A stretch of 64,000 nt of DNA, from contig JAGIQG010000003.1 of assembly GCA_024679065.1 (NCBI GenBank), forward strand, positions 100,068,001 to 100,132,000, read 5' to 3'. Source of the stretch: Sphyrna mokarran (Eukaryota). The notes under the pieces were generated by a model. It was not told where the DNA came from. It made no database searches and saw only the letters and a program-made list of their open reading frames with translations. Positions 49,427-62,860 of this stretch are shown here, piece by piece (the stretch's first letter is position 1; every line of letters starts with the position of its first letter). A program made the translations under genes and the position numbers.

Positions 49427-52280
49427 TAGAACATAGAACATTACAGCACAGTACAGGTCCTTGATATTGCACCAACCTATGAAAACCAATCTAAAGCTCA
49501 TCTAACCTACACTATTCCAATATCATACCATATGTTTATCCAATGACCATTTAAATGTCCTTAATATTGGCAAGTCCACTACTGTGTAGGCAGGGCATTC
49601 CATGCCCTTACTAGTCCAAGTAAAAGAACCTACCCTTTAACATCTTTTATCTATCACCCCTCAATTTAAAGCTATGTCTGCTAGTGCTAGCCATCTCCAT
49701 CTGAGGAAAAAGGTTCACACTTACACCCCATCTAATTCTGATCATCTTATATGCCTCTACTAAGTCACCTCAATCTTCTAATGAAAACAACCTCATGTTC
49801 CTCAGCCTTTCCTCATAAGGCCCACCATACCATGCAACATCCTGGTAAATCTCCTCTGCACCCTTTCCAATGCTTCTACATCCTTCCTATAATGCAGCGA
49901 CCAGAACTGTACACAATACTCCTGTACTCAGTTTTGTACAGCTACATGATCTCAAGGCTCCTAAACTCAATCCCTGTATCAATAAAAGTTAAAACACCAA
50001 ATGCCTTAACAACCTTATCAATACAAGTGCCAGCTTCCAGGGATCCATGTACATGGACACCAAGATGTCTCTGCCCAATCACTTCCCATTAGCCCAGTAC
50101 TCTATTCTTGTTACTCCTTGCAAAGTGAATCACTTCACTTTCCTGTATTAAACTCCAATTGCCATCCCTCAGCTCAGTTCTGTAGCTTATGCCCCTTTAA
50201 CCTGCAACATCCTTCTCCACTGACTTTAGCACATCTGCAAATTTGCTCTCATCCAGGTCATTTTTACATAAATGACCAACCAGAATGGCCCCAAGACAGA
50301 TCCTTGTGGTACACATTAGCAACTGAACTCCAGAATGAACATTTCCCATCAACCACTACCTTGTGTCTTCTTGTAGCTAGCCAATTTCTGCTCCATGCCA
50401 CTAAATTACCCTCAATCCCTGCTTCTGTATCTTCTGCAAAAGCTTACAGTGGGGAATCTTATCTAACACTTAAATCCACGTACACCACATCAACTGCTTT
50501 ACCCTCATCCACCTCTTTGGTCACCTTCTCAAAAGGCCTCTAAGGTTTGAGAGGCACCACCAACTCTTCAAAAACCACGCTGACTATCCCTAATCGAATT
50601 ATTCCTTTTTAGATGATAAATCTTCTTATAATCCTTTCCAAAAGTTTGCTCACTGGTTTATAATTACAAGGGTCATCTCTACTCCCCTTCTTGAAGGGGA
50701 CAACATTTGCTAATGTCCGGTCTTCTGGCATTATTCCAACAGACAATGACAACCTAAAGATCAAAGCCAAAGGCTCTGCAATCTCCTCCCTTGCCTTCCA
50801 GGGAATCCTAGGATAAAGCCCCTTTGGCCCAGGAGACTTACCTATTTTCACACTTCCTTATGAACCTTAATCCACCTAGTCTAATAGCCTGTATGTCAGT
50901 ATTCTCCTCAATGTTACTATTCACACAGGAAAAGATAAAATTCATTTAGTATCTCTCCTATCTCTTTGGGCTCCATGTACAACTTCCCACTATTGTCATT
51001 GACTAGGGTAAGATGAGGGCCAGTCATTCTTTTGTACTTGGAAAACTTGAAGATTTTCCTTGTTTGTGCCTGCCAAATGCATCTCATGTCCTTTCCTGGC
51101 TTAGTTCTCTTTAGGTCCTTCCTGCTAATTTGTAACTCTCAAGCACCCTAACTGAGCCTTCATGTTGCATCTTGACATAAAAATCTCCTTCCTCTTCACA
51201 AGCGATTCAACTTTAGTAAACCACAGTTCCCTCACACAACCACTTCCTACCTGACAGGTACATACTTATCAAGGACACACAGTAACTGTTCCTTGAACAA
51301 GTTCTATGTTTTAATTGTGTCCATCCCCCAGTTTCCTTCCATATCCTATGCATCCTAAATCTCACCTAATTGCATCATCATTTCCTTTTCCCCCACCTCT
51401 TGCCCTGCAGCATATACCCATCCCTTTCCATCACTAACACAAATGTAATCAAATTGTGGTCACTATTACTGGAGTGCTCACCTACCTCCAAAATCTAACT
51501 CCTGGCCTGATTCATTATCCAGTAAAGTCCAATGTGGCCTCACTTCTTGTTGGACTATCTACATACCTGTCAGGAAACCCTCCTGCACACATTAAATAGG
51601 TCAGTTTTTATCCCAAGTATTCAAACTATAGCTTTTCCAGTCAATATTTGTGAAGTTAAAATCCCCCATAACTAGCCTTATGGGCTAGTTTATTCCAAAA
51701 GCACTGTTATCTTTTCCTCTACATCTCTGGAACTTTGAGACCTATAGAAAACTCCAAACAGGGTAACATTAGTCCATACTACCTCAGTAGTCAAATTCTC
51801 AAACAAGTCCTTTCTGCCACCATATTGTCCCTTACTAATACCACACCTCCCTCTTTTACCACCTTCCCTGATCTTACTGAAAGATGCAAAACCATTCCTG
51901 TTCCTTCTCTATCCATGTCTCTGAAATGGCCCCAACATTGAAGTCCCAGGTACAAACCCATGTGGAAATTCACCCACCTTATTCCAGATGTTCCTGGTAT
52001 TGAAGTAGACATACCTCAAACTATCTTCCTGCCTGCAACCTTGAAACTTTATTTATGACTTCACCACTTAACCTCCTGTACACTGAACCTACAATTCAGA
52101 TTCCCATCCCTCTGCTGAATTAGTTTGAACCCTCAAAGCAACTCCCTGCCCACCCACCCCAGGATATTGGTGGTACTCTGGTTCAGGTGTAGACCATCCC
52201 ATTTGTAGAAGGCCCACTTATCCCAGAATGCCCTCCAATTATCCAGATATCCAAATCCTTCTCTTCTGCACCATCCCTGT
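49427..52280 (-). mobile_element. Decayed CR1 LINE between LMOD3 and ARL6IP5, reaching the ORF1 esterase
   Basis: Tail tagaacatagaacattacagcac; KSPGPKGLYPRI...EEIAEPLALIF; ORF1 SGNH-type WCRREGFGYLDNW...DGLHLN near 52170-52280. Confidence 0.9.
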
Positions 52281-53314
52281 AGTGGAATAAGCTTACACAA
52301 TACTTTAGTCATTAAGTAGGTAACATGGAACTGAAATAACAATGTTTACCTTAGACTTAACATTAAAATAACTCAATTGTGTGCGCAAAGGTCAAACATA
52401 GATTTTGCAATTTATTGCATTAAAGTGTCCAAAAAAGCCATTGATGTCTGAATTTCAGTTTCATAAAATTAAAGCAATTTTAAAATAGTGAAACAAAAAA
52501 GTATGAAATCTTGAGGTCAATCTTCAAATGACTAGATTTATTGAATTAAATCACAACTTGCAACCTTGTTCTTTGTGTGTATCCATATTCTGATCAAATC
52601 ATTAACAATAGTAAAAGGGCAGAACAGACAGATATTCCTATATATTCACCAAATATGAACAATTCCCAAAATTCATTGGGCAGTCCACTGACTGGCTGTG
52701 ACCATTTTAAACTTCTCCCCCATCTCAGTTATACTGCAATCAACACAAAGCAAGAGAGCAAGCTGATCTTCTACCCCTGGTCTCATTAGGTTTTTCTAGT
52801 CTACAGCTGATTCAAAGCCAAAACAGCTCTTTCAATAATCACAAGCCAGGAGAGAGACCAGGCCAATTCTGACAGGGAAGCACCAAAACAAGCAACTAAT
52901 GAAAAGTTCATATCAGAAAACCTAGCTTTCTTTTATTCATTTTGCCCATTAGCTCAGCAGAATGCATTGATATAAAGGAAAAAAAAATGGATCAAATAGA
53001 TGAGTCATTATGTCAACTTACAGGCAAGTTCAAGAACTAACCAGATATTTCTGGACATTAATTGGACAGAAATAGAATTGATAGAGTTAAGATTAATTGA
53101 AAAGGAGAGATTTGTGGACTTCTATCCAGAAAAATTAAAATTTAGAGTTTACTTGGTATATTAATTTCCACACTGTTTGGGAGATATAGGGTGAAAAACT
53201 AAAGTGTTAAATTCCTCAAGAGGCATTTGTGAATACACAAGTGAGCTTGATTAAACAAATTGCATTATATCCTGTTGATTTGCACCATATTCTTTTATGA
53301 TTTGGTTAACTTTA

Positions 53315-53680
53315 AAACTTATACCTGTACAATGACATTTACAACATTGTAATGTTTTACAGCCAATGTGACAATCAGGACTTGAGATGAAGTCCTGAAT
53401 GTAAATATAGAAATTAGAGCCAAATTGTGCACAGCAAGGACCCACACCCAATGAGAATAATCAGATTGTGTTGATTGAAGGTTAAATGTTGGTGGGGATA
53501 TGTCAGAGGTTTCCAAAGTTCTTCAAATTAGCATCATTCCATCTTTTGGTCAGATATTGCCTCTAACATTTCATCTGAAAGTCAATATCTCCAGTACTGG
53601 AGGAGGGTGAGGGCACACTTAAAGTCTGCAAGTCTTTAGAGTGGGACTTTAGATCACAAAATTCATGATGAATCAAGCCC
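53315..53680 (-). mobile_element. Deu-domain SINE
   Basis: ttttacagccaatg...gccaaattgtgcacagcaaggacccac...ttgattgaaggttaaatgttgg...catttcatctgaaag...gagtgggactt is the reverse complement of a Deu-SINE. Confidence 0.6.
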
Positions 53681-54356
53681 AAAACCAGGGACTTCAATCT
53701 TATGGACTGGGTAAATACACCTCCAGTATGTTAAAACCTTACAACATCAAATTTTCAAAATTCAAAATCACTCTAAGATGCAAAAGATCACCAGTATACC
53801 AAAGCTGTTGGAATCATTAACACTAGCTAAACTACCTCATCTGAAATAAATTTTTGGCCAATAAGATCAAAAAGGAGACTAAGCCTGAAAGCAAACAGGA
53901 GCTATTCTGAATTTTACCAATAATTTGAGATTCTACTATTACTGATCTGACAAATGGCAGTACTCCCTGTGGCTATGAATATCATTTTAAATTTGTATAG
54001 GCCAATTGCATCCTTCACTAAGCCACATGAACACATTCACAGGCAGTCACTCCCATTACAACAACTTGCATTTACACTGCACCTTTTACATTGTAAAACA
54101 GGTTCACAGGAGCATTCATAGATGATTAAAATATGACAGAGCTGCAGGGGGATCACATTTGGCAGGATGGGTGACTAAAGTTTAGTCAAACAGGCAAGTT
54201 TCAAGGAACACCTTAAAAAGGGAGAGGAAAATAAGCTCAGGAAAGGAATGCAAAAGCTTGGAAGTCACCAAAATACCTGTACACAGTTCCAATTAGTCAT
54301 GATTAAACTGGTTAGTGAACAATATTAAAATCTTTTAAATGCACAATCAAGTAGCT

Positions 54357-54362
54357 TTTATT
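54357..54362 (-). terminator. Candidate distal ARL6IP5 polyadenylation signal (a proximal one lies at 55177-55182)
   Basis: TTTATT on + (AATAAA on -) at the far end of a repeat-free AT-rich stretch following the stop codon. Confidence 0.4.
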
Positions 54363-55323
54363 GCATGCATGAGATGTTGCATATCTTTGGACCTGCAAAC
54401 AATTAAATGTCAGACAATTGTCTATCAAGTATCCTAGCAGCTGTTTCAAAATAGAATTGCAATCATTTCATTAATAAAGGAACTGAAAATCCCAAGAACA
54501 TAATTTTTAACTCACTTTTCCAGAGCTTTGAGATTTGATAAGAAATGAATGTTGAAATTGCACATTTTTCATATCCTATTTGGGCGTGTACCTTCTACTT
54601 TTTCTAATGTAGGATTTAACTAGTTTTGCAACAATGTGTTAAGAATTTGAGACCTAATGTTTTGGTTACATTTTACTGAACCTCTTCAAGCCTAATTTCA
54701 GAGAATATTAATCCTTTTTCACCTGGATCTCTTCAAAAGAGAATTGGGTACACATTAAGTATAAAGTGATCATTTTTCCCCATCAAATCAAAAATCAATA
54801 CAAAAGTTACATTCATTTGTGGACAAAATAATCACACCAAATACAATATGAAACTTTCTACATTCAAAACTGCAATTGGAAAAAGATTGTGGAAATGTCA
54901 AACTACGTTTTTATGTAACACCAAAGATCCAGATCCATGTATTTTGATTCTTGGATACCCATGAATCAAAATGCGATATTGTATCCTTAAACCCAAAAAC
55001 AAAAGCTGAACAATCAACATAACTAAACACCACAAAAAGTGCTCAAGTATACATGTCATCTAGGTAAATGATATGTTAGTCAGCAGCTATTTTAAACAAA
55101 ACATCCTCAAGATGCATGAAGTCTAGAAAAGCATAGTCCAGCACTATATCAAGCTGTTTGTTTTCTACAATACATTTTTATTCTACAAGAAACCATCCAC
55201 TTGTGCTTTGGAATACTTGACAATGGAATATCACTATCAGGTTGTATATAGATCACAAAATATTACTCCAGGAATACTGCACAACGCAAGTTAATGGTGC
55301 AAAATTAGTTGATAAGTTCCTCA

Positions 55324-55499
55324 TTAGTCTTTGTTTTGAGCTGCCAACATATCAGCAAATTTAGAGAGGTGTTCCTGTTCTTGACCAAGTGCATTCAGAA
55401 AGATTCCCATAGGGCTCTTCTTCAGTCCAACTTCTTCCATCTTGTTTTCAAGCTTGTTTTTCAAGTTACGAAGCCGCAGAGAAGCATGTACAAACATCA
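55324..55499 (-). CDS. ARL6IP5: ARL6IP5, coding exon 3 (terminal)
   Basis: Acceptor atttcag|TG completes the split Leu codon, then [57 protein letters not shown] (PRA1 HASLRLRN motif). TAA is followed directly by TGA. Not in the ORF track. Confidence 0.95.
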
Positions 55500-56192
55500 C
55501 TGAAATAATGTTATTAAAAAGGTTAAATTTGAATCTACAATTTAAGTTAAAAACTTAGATAAGTGTTTTACATATTAAATATCTTGCATCCAAGCAAACT
55601 TAAAGTGAATTCTAGAAAGGAAGCCATCTGCTATTTGCTCCATATGGGATTTCATCCCTAAAATATTATAGCAGGCCAGGTTTAGTGAAGCCATTTCTGA
55701 AATCTATTGGGCCTCTACACTCCATAATATTCAGTCTTCTAAAGAGTATATATTGAAATATCAATATTCTACTAATACTGGTGATGATATATCACTGGAA
55801 TGAACCAAGGACATGAAGTAATACTACATTAATTCATTTTCTGGCAAACCTACCCAATTTAGAAATAGATTTTTCTTCTTTATCTTATTACACTTCCTCC
55901 TTTTCAGCCATTTGATTGTCAGAAAGGGAGGAAAATAAGACAAAAAGTCATCGTCAAATCCTACATCCTTTCTTCATCCAAGGATGCACAATGATTAATG
56001 GTGTTCCTGAGCACATTTCTGCCCAAGCTCAAGATCAGCTAATTCAGCAGAGCACAAAGCAACATCTTCCTAGCTCACAGCAAGTAGTGCATTTACTAAG
56101 AATGTTATTAGGGGCTGCAATCTATTTTTTGCACATAGATGTGTTTTAGCCTGTGTTTAATCAATTACACATTTGGTGGAGACATTACTTAC

Positions 56193-56410
56193 AAAGTAAG
56201 GGTAAAGTGATTCCAAACAAGAAAACCATCACTCCACCAATGATGGAAATTAAAAAGTAGCTCATCAGCAAGATGGTGAAGACAAACACAACTGGGTAAC
56301 GACGCTTGAAATGACCGATAGCGGCCTTATTTTCAGAAGCCCACATGGAACCCATGAACATCAGTACCACCACTGCTCCACCTAGGATGATTTCCAGGGG
56401 ACTCATAAAC
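56193..56410 (-). CDS. ARL6IP5: ARL6IP5 (PRA1 family protein 3/JWA/GTRAP3-18), coding exon 2, 218 nt
   Basis: Minus-strand acceptor ttcttttgacag|G, translation FMSPLEIILGGAVVVLMFMGSMWASENK...RYPVVFVFTILLMSYFLISIIGGVMVFLFGITLPLL, donor T|gtaagt. Hydrophobic PRA1 segments collinear with human PRAF3. Confidence 0.95.
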
Positions 56411-57319
56411 CTGTCAAAAGAAAAAAGTTAATTAGTAATGTAGGCTGGCAACAGTTCAAAGTTCAATTCTGCCCAGGAAATCCAAGCTTCCCAGGGAAGT
56501 TCAAAGAAAATATCCTTTGTAAAACTGAATATTTTAGTTCAAGAGACAAAATTGGAGGTTTAAGTATACATTTTAATATTTCTTGGATATCCACAGTTTA
56601 GAAGCAATTCTCAACTTTATATTTGCAAAATTCAAAATAGTACTTTATCTTACAAGTGCTTTGGTCAGAGCAGGAGGGAGGGGAAAGGAAACAAATGTAG
56701 TTAGTAAAAGGAAGCTTAAGCAAAAAGATAGTGGCTTTGATAATATTACAATAGTTGACAAATGTAACACAAGATTAAGATAAGAAGCTTCAATTAGAGG
56801 TTCATTAAATCTCATGTTGCAAAGTTACATAACATTTTGCACAGAACACACTACAAATAGGCAGAACATGGATTAAAATCTAGAATTTTGCAGTTAAATA
56901 TTCTGCATTCATCTACATTGGCCTGAGTCAGGTACACAGACTAGCTGCTAATAATGCCAAAACATAACCAAGCAGTTATAAACACTTATTCCAACACTCA
57001 GAATAAATCAGCCTCCTCTTTCAACACTTCATCTAATTAGATTAGATCAGATCAAATATTTCAGTGCATCTCTTCATTATCCAGCATGCACATAAATTGC
57101 TAATTATACTCTGGCAAGACAGAACTGCTGGTACCCATTGAAATAAACAGTGAAATAGTTGGAAGAATTAAAAGTAGTTCTGCCCATTAGGCAAATTCTA
57201 CTTTTCTCCCTGAATTTGTACATCAAAGCCAAGGTGGAAACGTGGCCTGAATACTCTACACAATGACATTCACATTCTTTTGATACAGGAAAACATTAGG
57301 CCTCTTCCTCTATTTATAA

Positions 57320-58732
57320 ATATAGTCTCCTAGGCATAGATATCCAAAGGACTAGGGAGAATGAGGAGCTGAAGGAAATTAGTACAAAGGATTATAACAG
57401 TGAAATTAATGGATCTGAAAGTTGATGAAATCCAAGAGCTGATATCATGCATCATGGAGCATTGAAAGAGTTTGCTATGGAGACAGTGGATGCATTGGTG
57501 ATCATGAGAAAATACTAGAATGGTTCCTGAAGATTGAAAGGTAACAAATGTCATCTCACTATTTACAAGGGGAAGAAAATGGAACTACAAATCTGTAGCC
57601 TTACATTAGTAGGGAAAATACTCTGATCAATTATAAATAGATATGATAAATGGATTCTTGGATAATGTGGTCATAGCATGGATTGATGAATGACAAATCA
57701 TGCATGATAGTTTTGCTAGTAACATCCTCAAAAACTATCAAAGGAGATTCAATACATATTTGGATTTCCAGAAGGCTATTGATAAATCTCCTGTGGGGGA
57801 CTTAATTAACAAAATGAAAGCACATTGGTTTCATAATGATTAACATACTGGCATAGATTAAAGATGGACAAGCCAGCAGGAAAAAGGAATATCCTTTGTA
57901 AAACTGAATATTTCAGTTCAAGAGATGAATGAAATTGGAGGTTTGTGTACATTTTAATATTTCTTAGATATCCATGTTGGAAGACTGTACTGACAGGTGT
58001 TTGCAAGAATTTGGGGCCTGAGCTGTTCACGCATGAATAATTTGGATGTGGGGATCTAATGTAAACTCCAAGTTCAAGGATGACAAAGTGGGAATGTGCA
58101 AAGCAGGGTACAGGAAGATTTGGACAGAAAGAGAGAGGGCAAGAACATATGGAATGAGATAATCCACTTTGTCAAAGGAACACACATGCAGAGTATTTCC
58201 TAAATAGTAAGAAATCAGAAGTTTAGATGTACAAAGGATTTGGGTATACTTGTCCATAAGTCATTGAAGGCTAACTGCAGGTGTAGCAAGCTATTAGGAG
58301 GCTAATGGAATGGTAGCCTTTAATCACATGACACAAGAGTAGTGAAGTCTTGTTTCAATTGTATAAAAACTTGGTTAGACTATACCTGGAGACTGTTTGC
58401 AGTTTTGACCCCCTTACCTCAAAGAATATTACCATGGAGAGCATGCAACAAAGGCTCACCAAACTGGTTTTGGGAATGGTGAAACTGTTTTATGAAGAGA
58501 GATTGGACAAACAGAGTCTATGTTCTTTAAAGGTTTTGAAGAGTGAAATGTGACCTCATTGAAAGGTACAAAAACTTAATAGACAGGGTAGATGCAGGTG
58601 AGATGTTTCTTCTGGTTGGAGAGGCTAGAAAAAAAAAAAAGGCACAATTTCAAAGGAAAAAAGAAACCAATGAGGAAAGATAGAGAACTCCAAAGATTCT
58701 CAATCCCCAAGGGCTGTGGAAGCTCAGTCAGA
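57320..58732 (+). mobile_element. Old CR1 ORF2 remnant in ARL6IP5 intron 1
   Basis: ttggatttccagaaggct (LDFQKA), LFQLYKNLVRLYLE, FYEERLDK. Confidence 0.78.
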
Positions 58733-58904
58733 ATAAAAACACTAAGTTGCCATCAATGATTAAAGGCCTCCCTATTTAAATGTATTGAAGGGAAAATACC
58801 TTCCCAAGTCTCACTGCTGGTTTTACACGCTCCGTTTAGAAAAGACTCCGAAAAAAGGTAAAAATCCCTCCCACCTACAAGCTCTTTTTACTCAATCACT
58901 ACTC

Positions 58905-59150
58905 CAACAGAAACAATGAATTGTAAAGGGGCATATTTTTCCCCAGAAGGTTTAGAATGTCTGGAATGTGCTGCTGGAGGAAGTGGAAGCCAATTTTATA
59001 ACATTCAGGAGGCATCTGGATAGTTATATGAATAGGCAGGGAATAGAAGGATATGGACCACAGAAGCAAGAAAATATTAGATTGGAATGGCATTTGCATC
59101 CACACATATTTGGTGGGCCAAAGGGCCTGATCTTGTACTGTGCACTGTTC
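58905..59150 (+). mobile_element. CR1 3' end fragment
   Basis: TFRRHLDSYMNRQGIEGYG followed by gggccaaagggcctg...tgtactgt tail. Confidence 0.78.
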
Positions 59151-62100
59151 TTTTTTAAAGGAGCTCCTTAAGAGGCCCATCTTCTAATTTGACTTTAACA
59201 AAAAAATGCCACCATGAAATGAGAATTTTTTTGCAAATTTAAAATAGATGCTAAATTAAGCATTGGGACTGACTGGATAACCATCTTCTTTCCCCTAATT
59301 ATGCTTGGAAAACAATTTGAGGAGAACACATCTTCTGGTCTGCAAAAACATTTCCAGCACATCAAGGACACAACAGCCCTCTTTTGCCATTACAAGAAGC
59401 AGTTTTATACATTTTTAGTAGGCAGTTCTCAGCATAAGGGTTGTAGATGAAGTTAAAATTAATGGATGTGAAAACCAGAGGTATGCTTCTTACAATATTA
59501 CTTGTCTGCACAATTCTTTATAAATACTCAATCTCTGCATTTTAAATATTTTACAGCTGCAACAAACTTCAGCCACAAATTGGTGTGATGATAACTGTAT
59601 CATCAGGAGTCAGCTGTGGCACATTTGGCACTCAGTCAGGTACTACAACAGCACAGTAATGGGGAAGAGGAAACAAAGATGAAGAAAGTTCTGTGCTCAA
59701 GTTATTTCCCTTCTTGGGGCAAAATACTAAGTAAAACAGAGGATGATACCAAACCATGTGCACAACCTACAAGTTGGACTCAAAATGGACCCAACATCTC
59801 ATCTTCCAAATGTCAGTTGACATCAAGTATCTTCAATATTCCTTCAGAATATGTCCAGACATGTATTCAATGAAAATGAGTGAATAACTGGGGCCCAAGG
59901 AAATTGCCTCAGATGTCATTAAACACGAGGAACAACTAAATTTAACCAGTGGAATACTACTCCAAAATCCAGCTTCTAGCAGCAAATTACTGCTGCATTT
60001 ACAATGAACTATGTTTTAAGGCCCTACTGAGGAAATGTTTTAATATGACTTGCACTTATTCCATCATTAAATGAAACAAAATAACATGCTTCAGTGAGGA
60101 TAATTTTTTTTTTTAAAAAAGTCATCTTTAAACATCCTTCCCTGCCACACCAGAATATTTCACTGCACAAAGTGAGCAGACCATATCCTATTATTTACCC
60201 AACCTGCCATCTATAGGCAGAAGGTTTGATGAAGACATGGGGCATATTGTAGTTGTGTTTAACACACATCATGATTGTTTTTTTAAAACTGGTGTAGTTG
60301 CATTGTGTCCAGGAATTATCCATCTCTGGGCACAAATGCCAGAAATCCCCATGTTCCTTATTGTATTCCTTCACACCACTGTTGTACCAGTAACTTAGCA
60401 TTAAAAGAAAAAAAATGCATAGTTTCCCCATGTACCATGGAAAACTGGTCTCGTAAGGACAGGAAACATGAACTCATCCAGGAAAAATGCTTACCCCCAT
60501 GTGAAGCAAACTGGTCAACTAATGACAGTGCCAGTCATTCCACAGCACTGAACTCATCATCTATCTTCTACTTTCAAATTCACTGGAAACAATGAGGTGT
60601 GCCTGGTTTACTACAGTCTCGCATTATTATCCTTATTATTCATATTTAGAAAAGTCAGCTCCAATTTTACAGGCTACAATATTACACAACCTACATGTAG
60701 TCAAAATATCAAGGTTACTTGCAACATTAATGTTCGGCATCATAAGACCATGCTGCATTGGTACAAATGCTTTAAGGAAATAGCAAGGAGGACATGTACT
60801 GATAATTAGTCACACCTCTTCTGCTGTGCTATATGAAGTCACTTAAACAGTTTCATTTCAAATCATTCAAGCAATATCCATTAGAGCTACCACTTAATGT
60901 AATAAAACATTTGACAAGGTCATTTAGGCTGGTGTTGTGAAAATGTGACCAGACTAAGAAACATTAAAAAGTCCTGCGGTGCATACTTTGAGTATTGTCA
61001 AAAAGACATTCTTGATTGAAGCCAAAATTGTTTAAGCCCAATGCTTCAAAGTCACAGAATGTTACAACATAGAAATGGACCCAGTTGACTACCATATCTG
61101 CACCAGTACACTTTTCCACAAGTCAACTAGCCCAAATCCTCTCACCATAACATGTGGAACTCATATTCAAGCAAATCATCTAACTCTTCAAAAAGATGGC
61201 ATCTGCATCAATAACATTCTATGGTTGATTGCTACTGTCCATATCCTTAAAAATTCTATTCTTCCCTTGCTGAAATCTTAAACATTTGTGGCCTTTGGTT
61301 ACCGACTCTGACCAGTAGGACTAATGTCATTGATAATTTTGAAGACCTCCCAATTTATCATTTCTTGATTTTCTCACATCTGCCCTAATCATTTGTACCA
61401 CCCCAGTGAAGACAAGCCAAATGACTTTTTTTCTATCCTTAGATTATAATGCCTAGAATTTTATATATAACCAACTAGAATTAGATAGTTTTATATAGGT
61501 TCAATATTACCACCACACCCTTCCATCTTTAACCCTTTTAAAACCTCTAGACAAGAGCAAAGATTCAATTTACTTATTTTATAGTTATAATTTCAGTGCC
61601 AAACTTCTTAATCAACCTTATTTAAGAGATACACAATTCAAGTCACTTAGTTTTTGAAGTGTATTCTTCAGTTTTGCTTTCCAAATCATTGTGAATGATT
61701 ACGTATCACCATTTGTTCACTCTCAAAGTCTATCACAATTTTAAATATGCTTGCCATATAATAGTGAGGTATGTGTTAATCCCCAAATCCAGACCAATAT
61801 ATAGAATTTAAATAAAAGAAATAAGAGTAATAGTAAATAGTGTCATGCATAGCCCCCTCATTACATTTAAACGGTTTTGAAAATTTTATCTTTTTGCCAT
61901 CTGTATAGATGGAACCGTATTTCCCCTTAATTTCACTTTACCTTTGTTGAAAGCCTCCCAGGTGGTCTCATATCAACTGTATTTTTTTGGAAAAACCATT
62001 CAACTATCAGCTACTGCATTTCCTTCATCTCAGCCACAATTATGATTCTTTGAAGTGGGAAAACATGATCTCAAATACATGTTGATTCCATGTACTGAGC

Positions 62101-62599
62101 AATTCTCACACTGTAGAATCTATCAGCTCAAAAATCTGAAGCAACAACAGGCTCAATCTCCTGGCTAATCCCAGCCTCCTTTGTAAAGATCATCATGTTT
62201 GCCACTATGATTTCTCTTTCAAAGAACCCTGAAAAATTATAATCATTCCTTGATTATGTTGTCCCTAGATGGAGAGCTGAAGATCAAGATTTTGGGATTT
62301 ATCTATCATAAGCTCAATTAGCTTTAGTTTTCTTCTTTAGTATAAAATATAATTGTTCTACACACTCTATTCCACTTACATATGCAGGAAGTTCAATCAC
62401 ATTAAGTCTACTTGTTATGCCCAATCACTAATTACAAAATATTTCAAACATTTGAATTAGTGATGATATTCAAGCTCTGCTTATTGGAGAGGGCATTAGC
62501 AGAAGTGCATTTCTGATCATGATATCTAAAACTTACTCAAAAAATTCACTTTTGTAATGGGCTATATCATTTTATTAGACTACCAATAAAGATGAGCCT

Positions 62600-62860
62600 T
62601 CATTAGATTAAGTGGTAACTGGTTTGATCAAGTGGAACTGGACTATACAATGCAAAGTTCCAGATTCAATACTCAAGTGTACAGAGTTAACTAATATCGT
62701 TAGTCTCAGCTGGGTCAGCAATAAGGGTTGAACAATTGTTCAATTAGCCTTAGATTTAAGGATAAGCAATCAATTCAGTGGTTATCTTGTACCTCTGTTA
62801 CACAAGTCCACATGGCCATCAGGTGAGAACAGGCCAGTACTTCATTGCAAAACACTCCTA
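62600..62860 (+). mobile_element. Old tRNA-type SINE remnant of a non-V family (related piece at ~600-700)
   Basis: gttccagattcaat B-box-like motif, gagttaact...tctcagctggg...caatt...aggtgagaacagg; similar to ctgagttggctcatctcaggc...caatt at 601. Confidence 0.4.
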
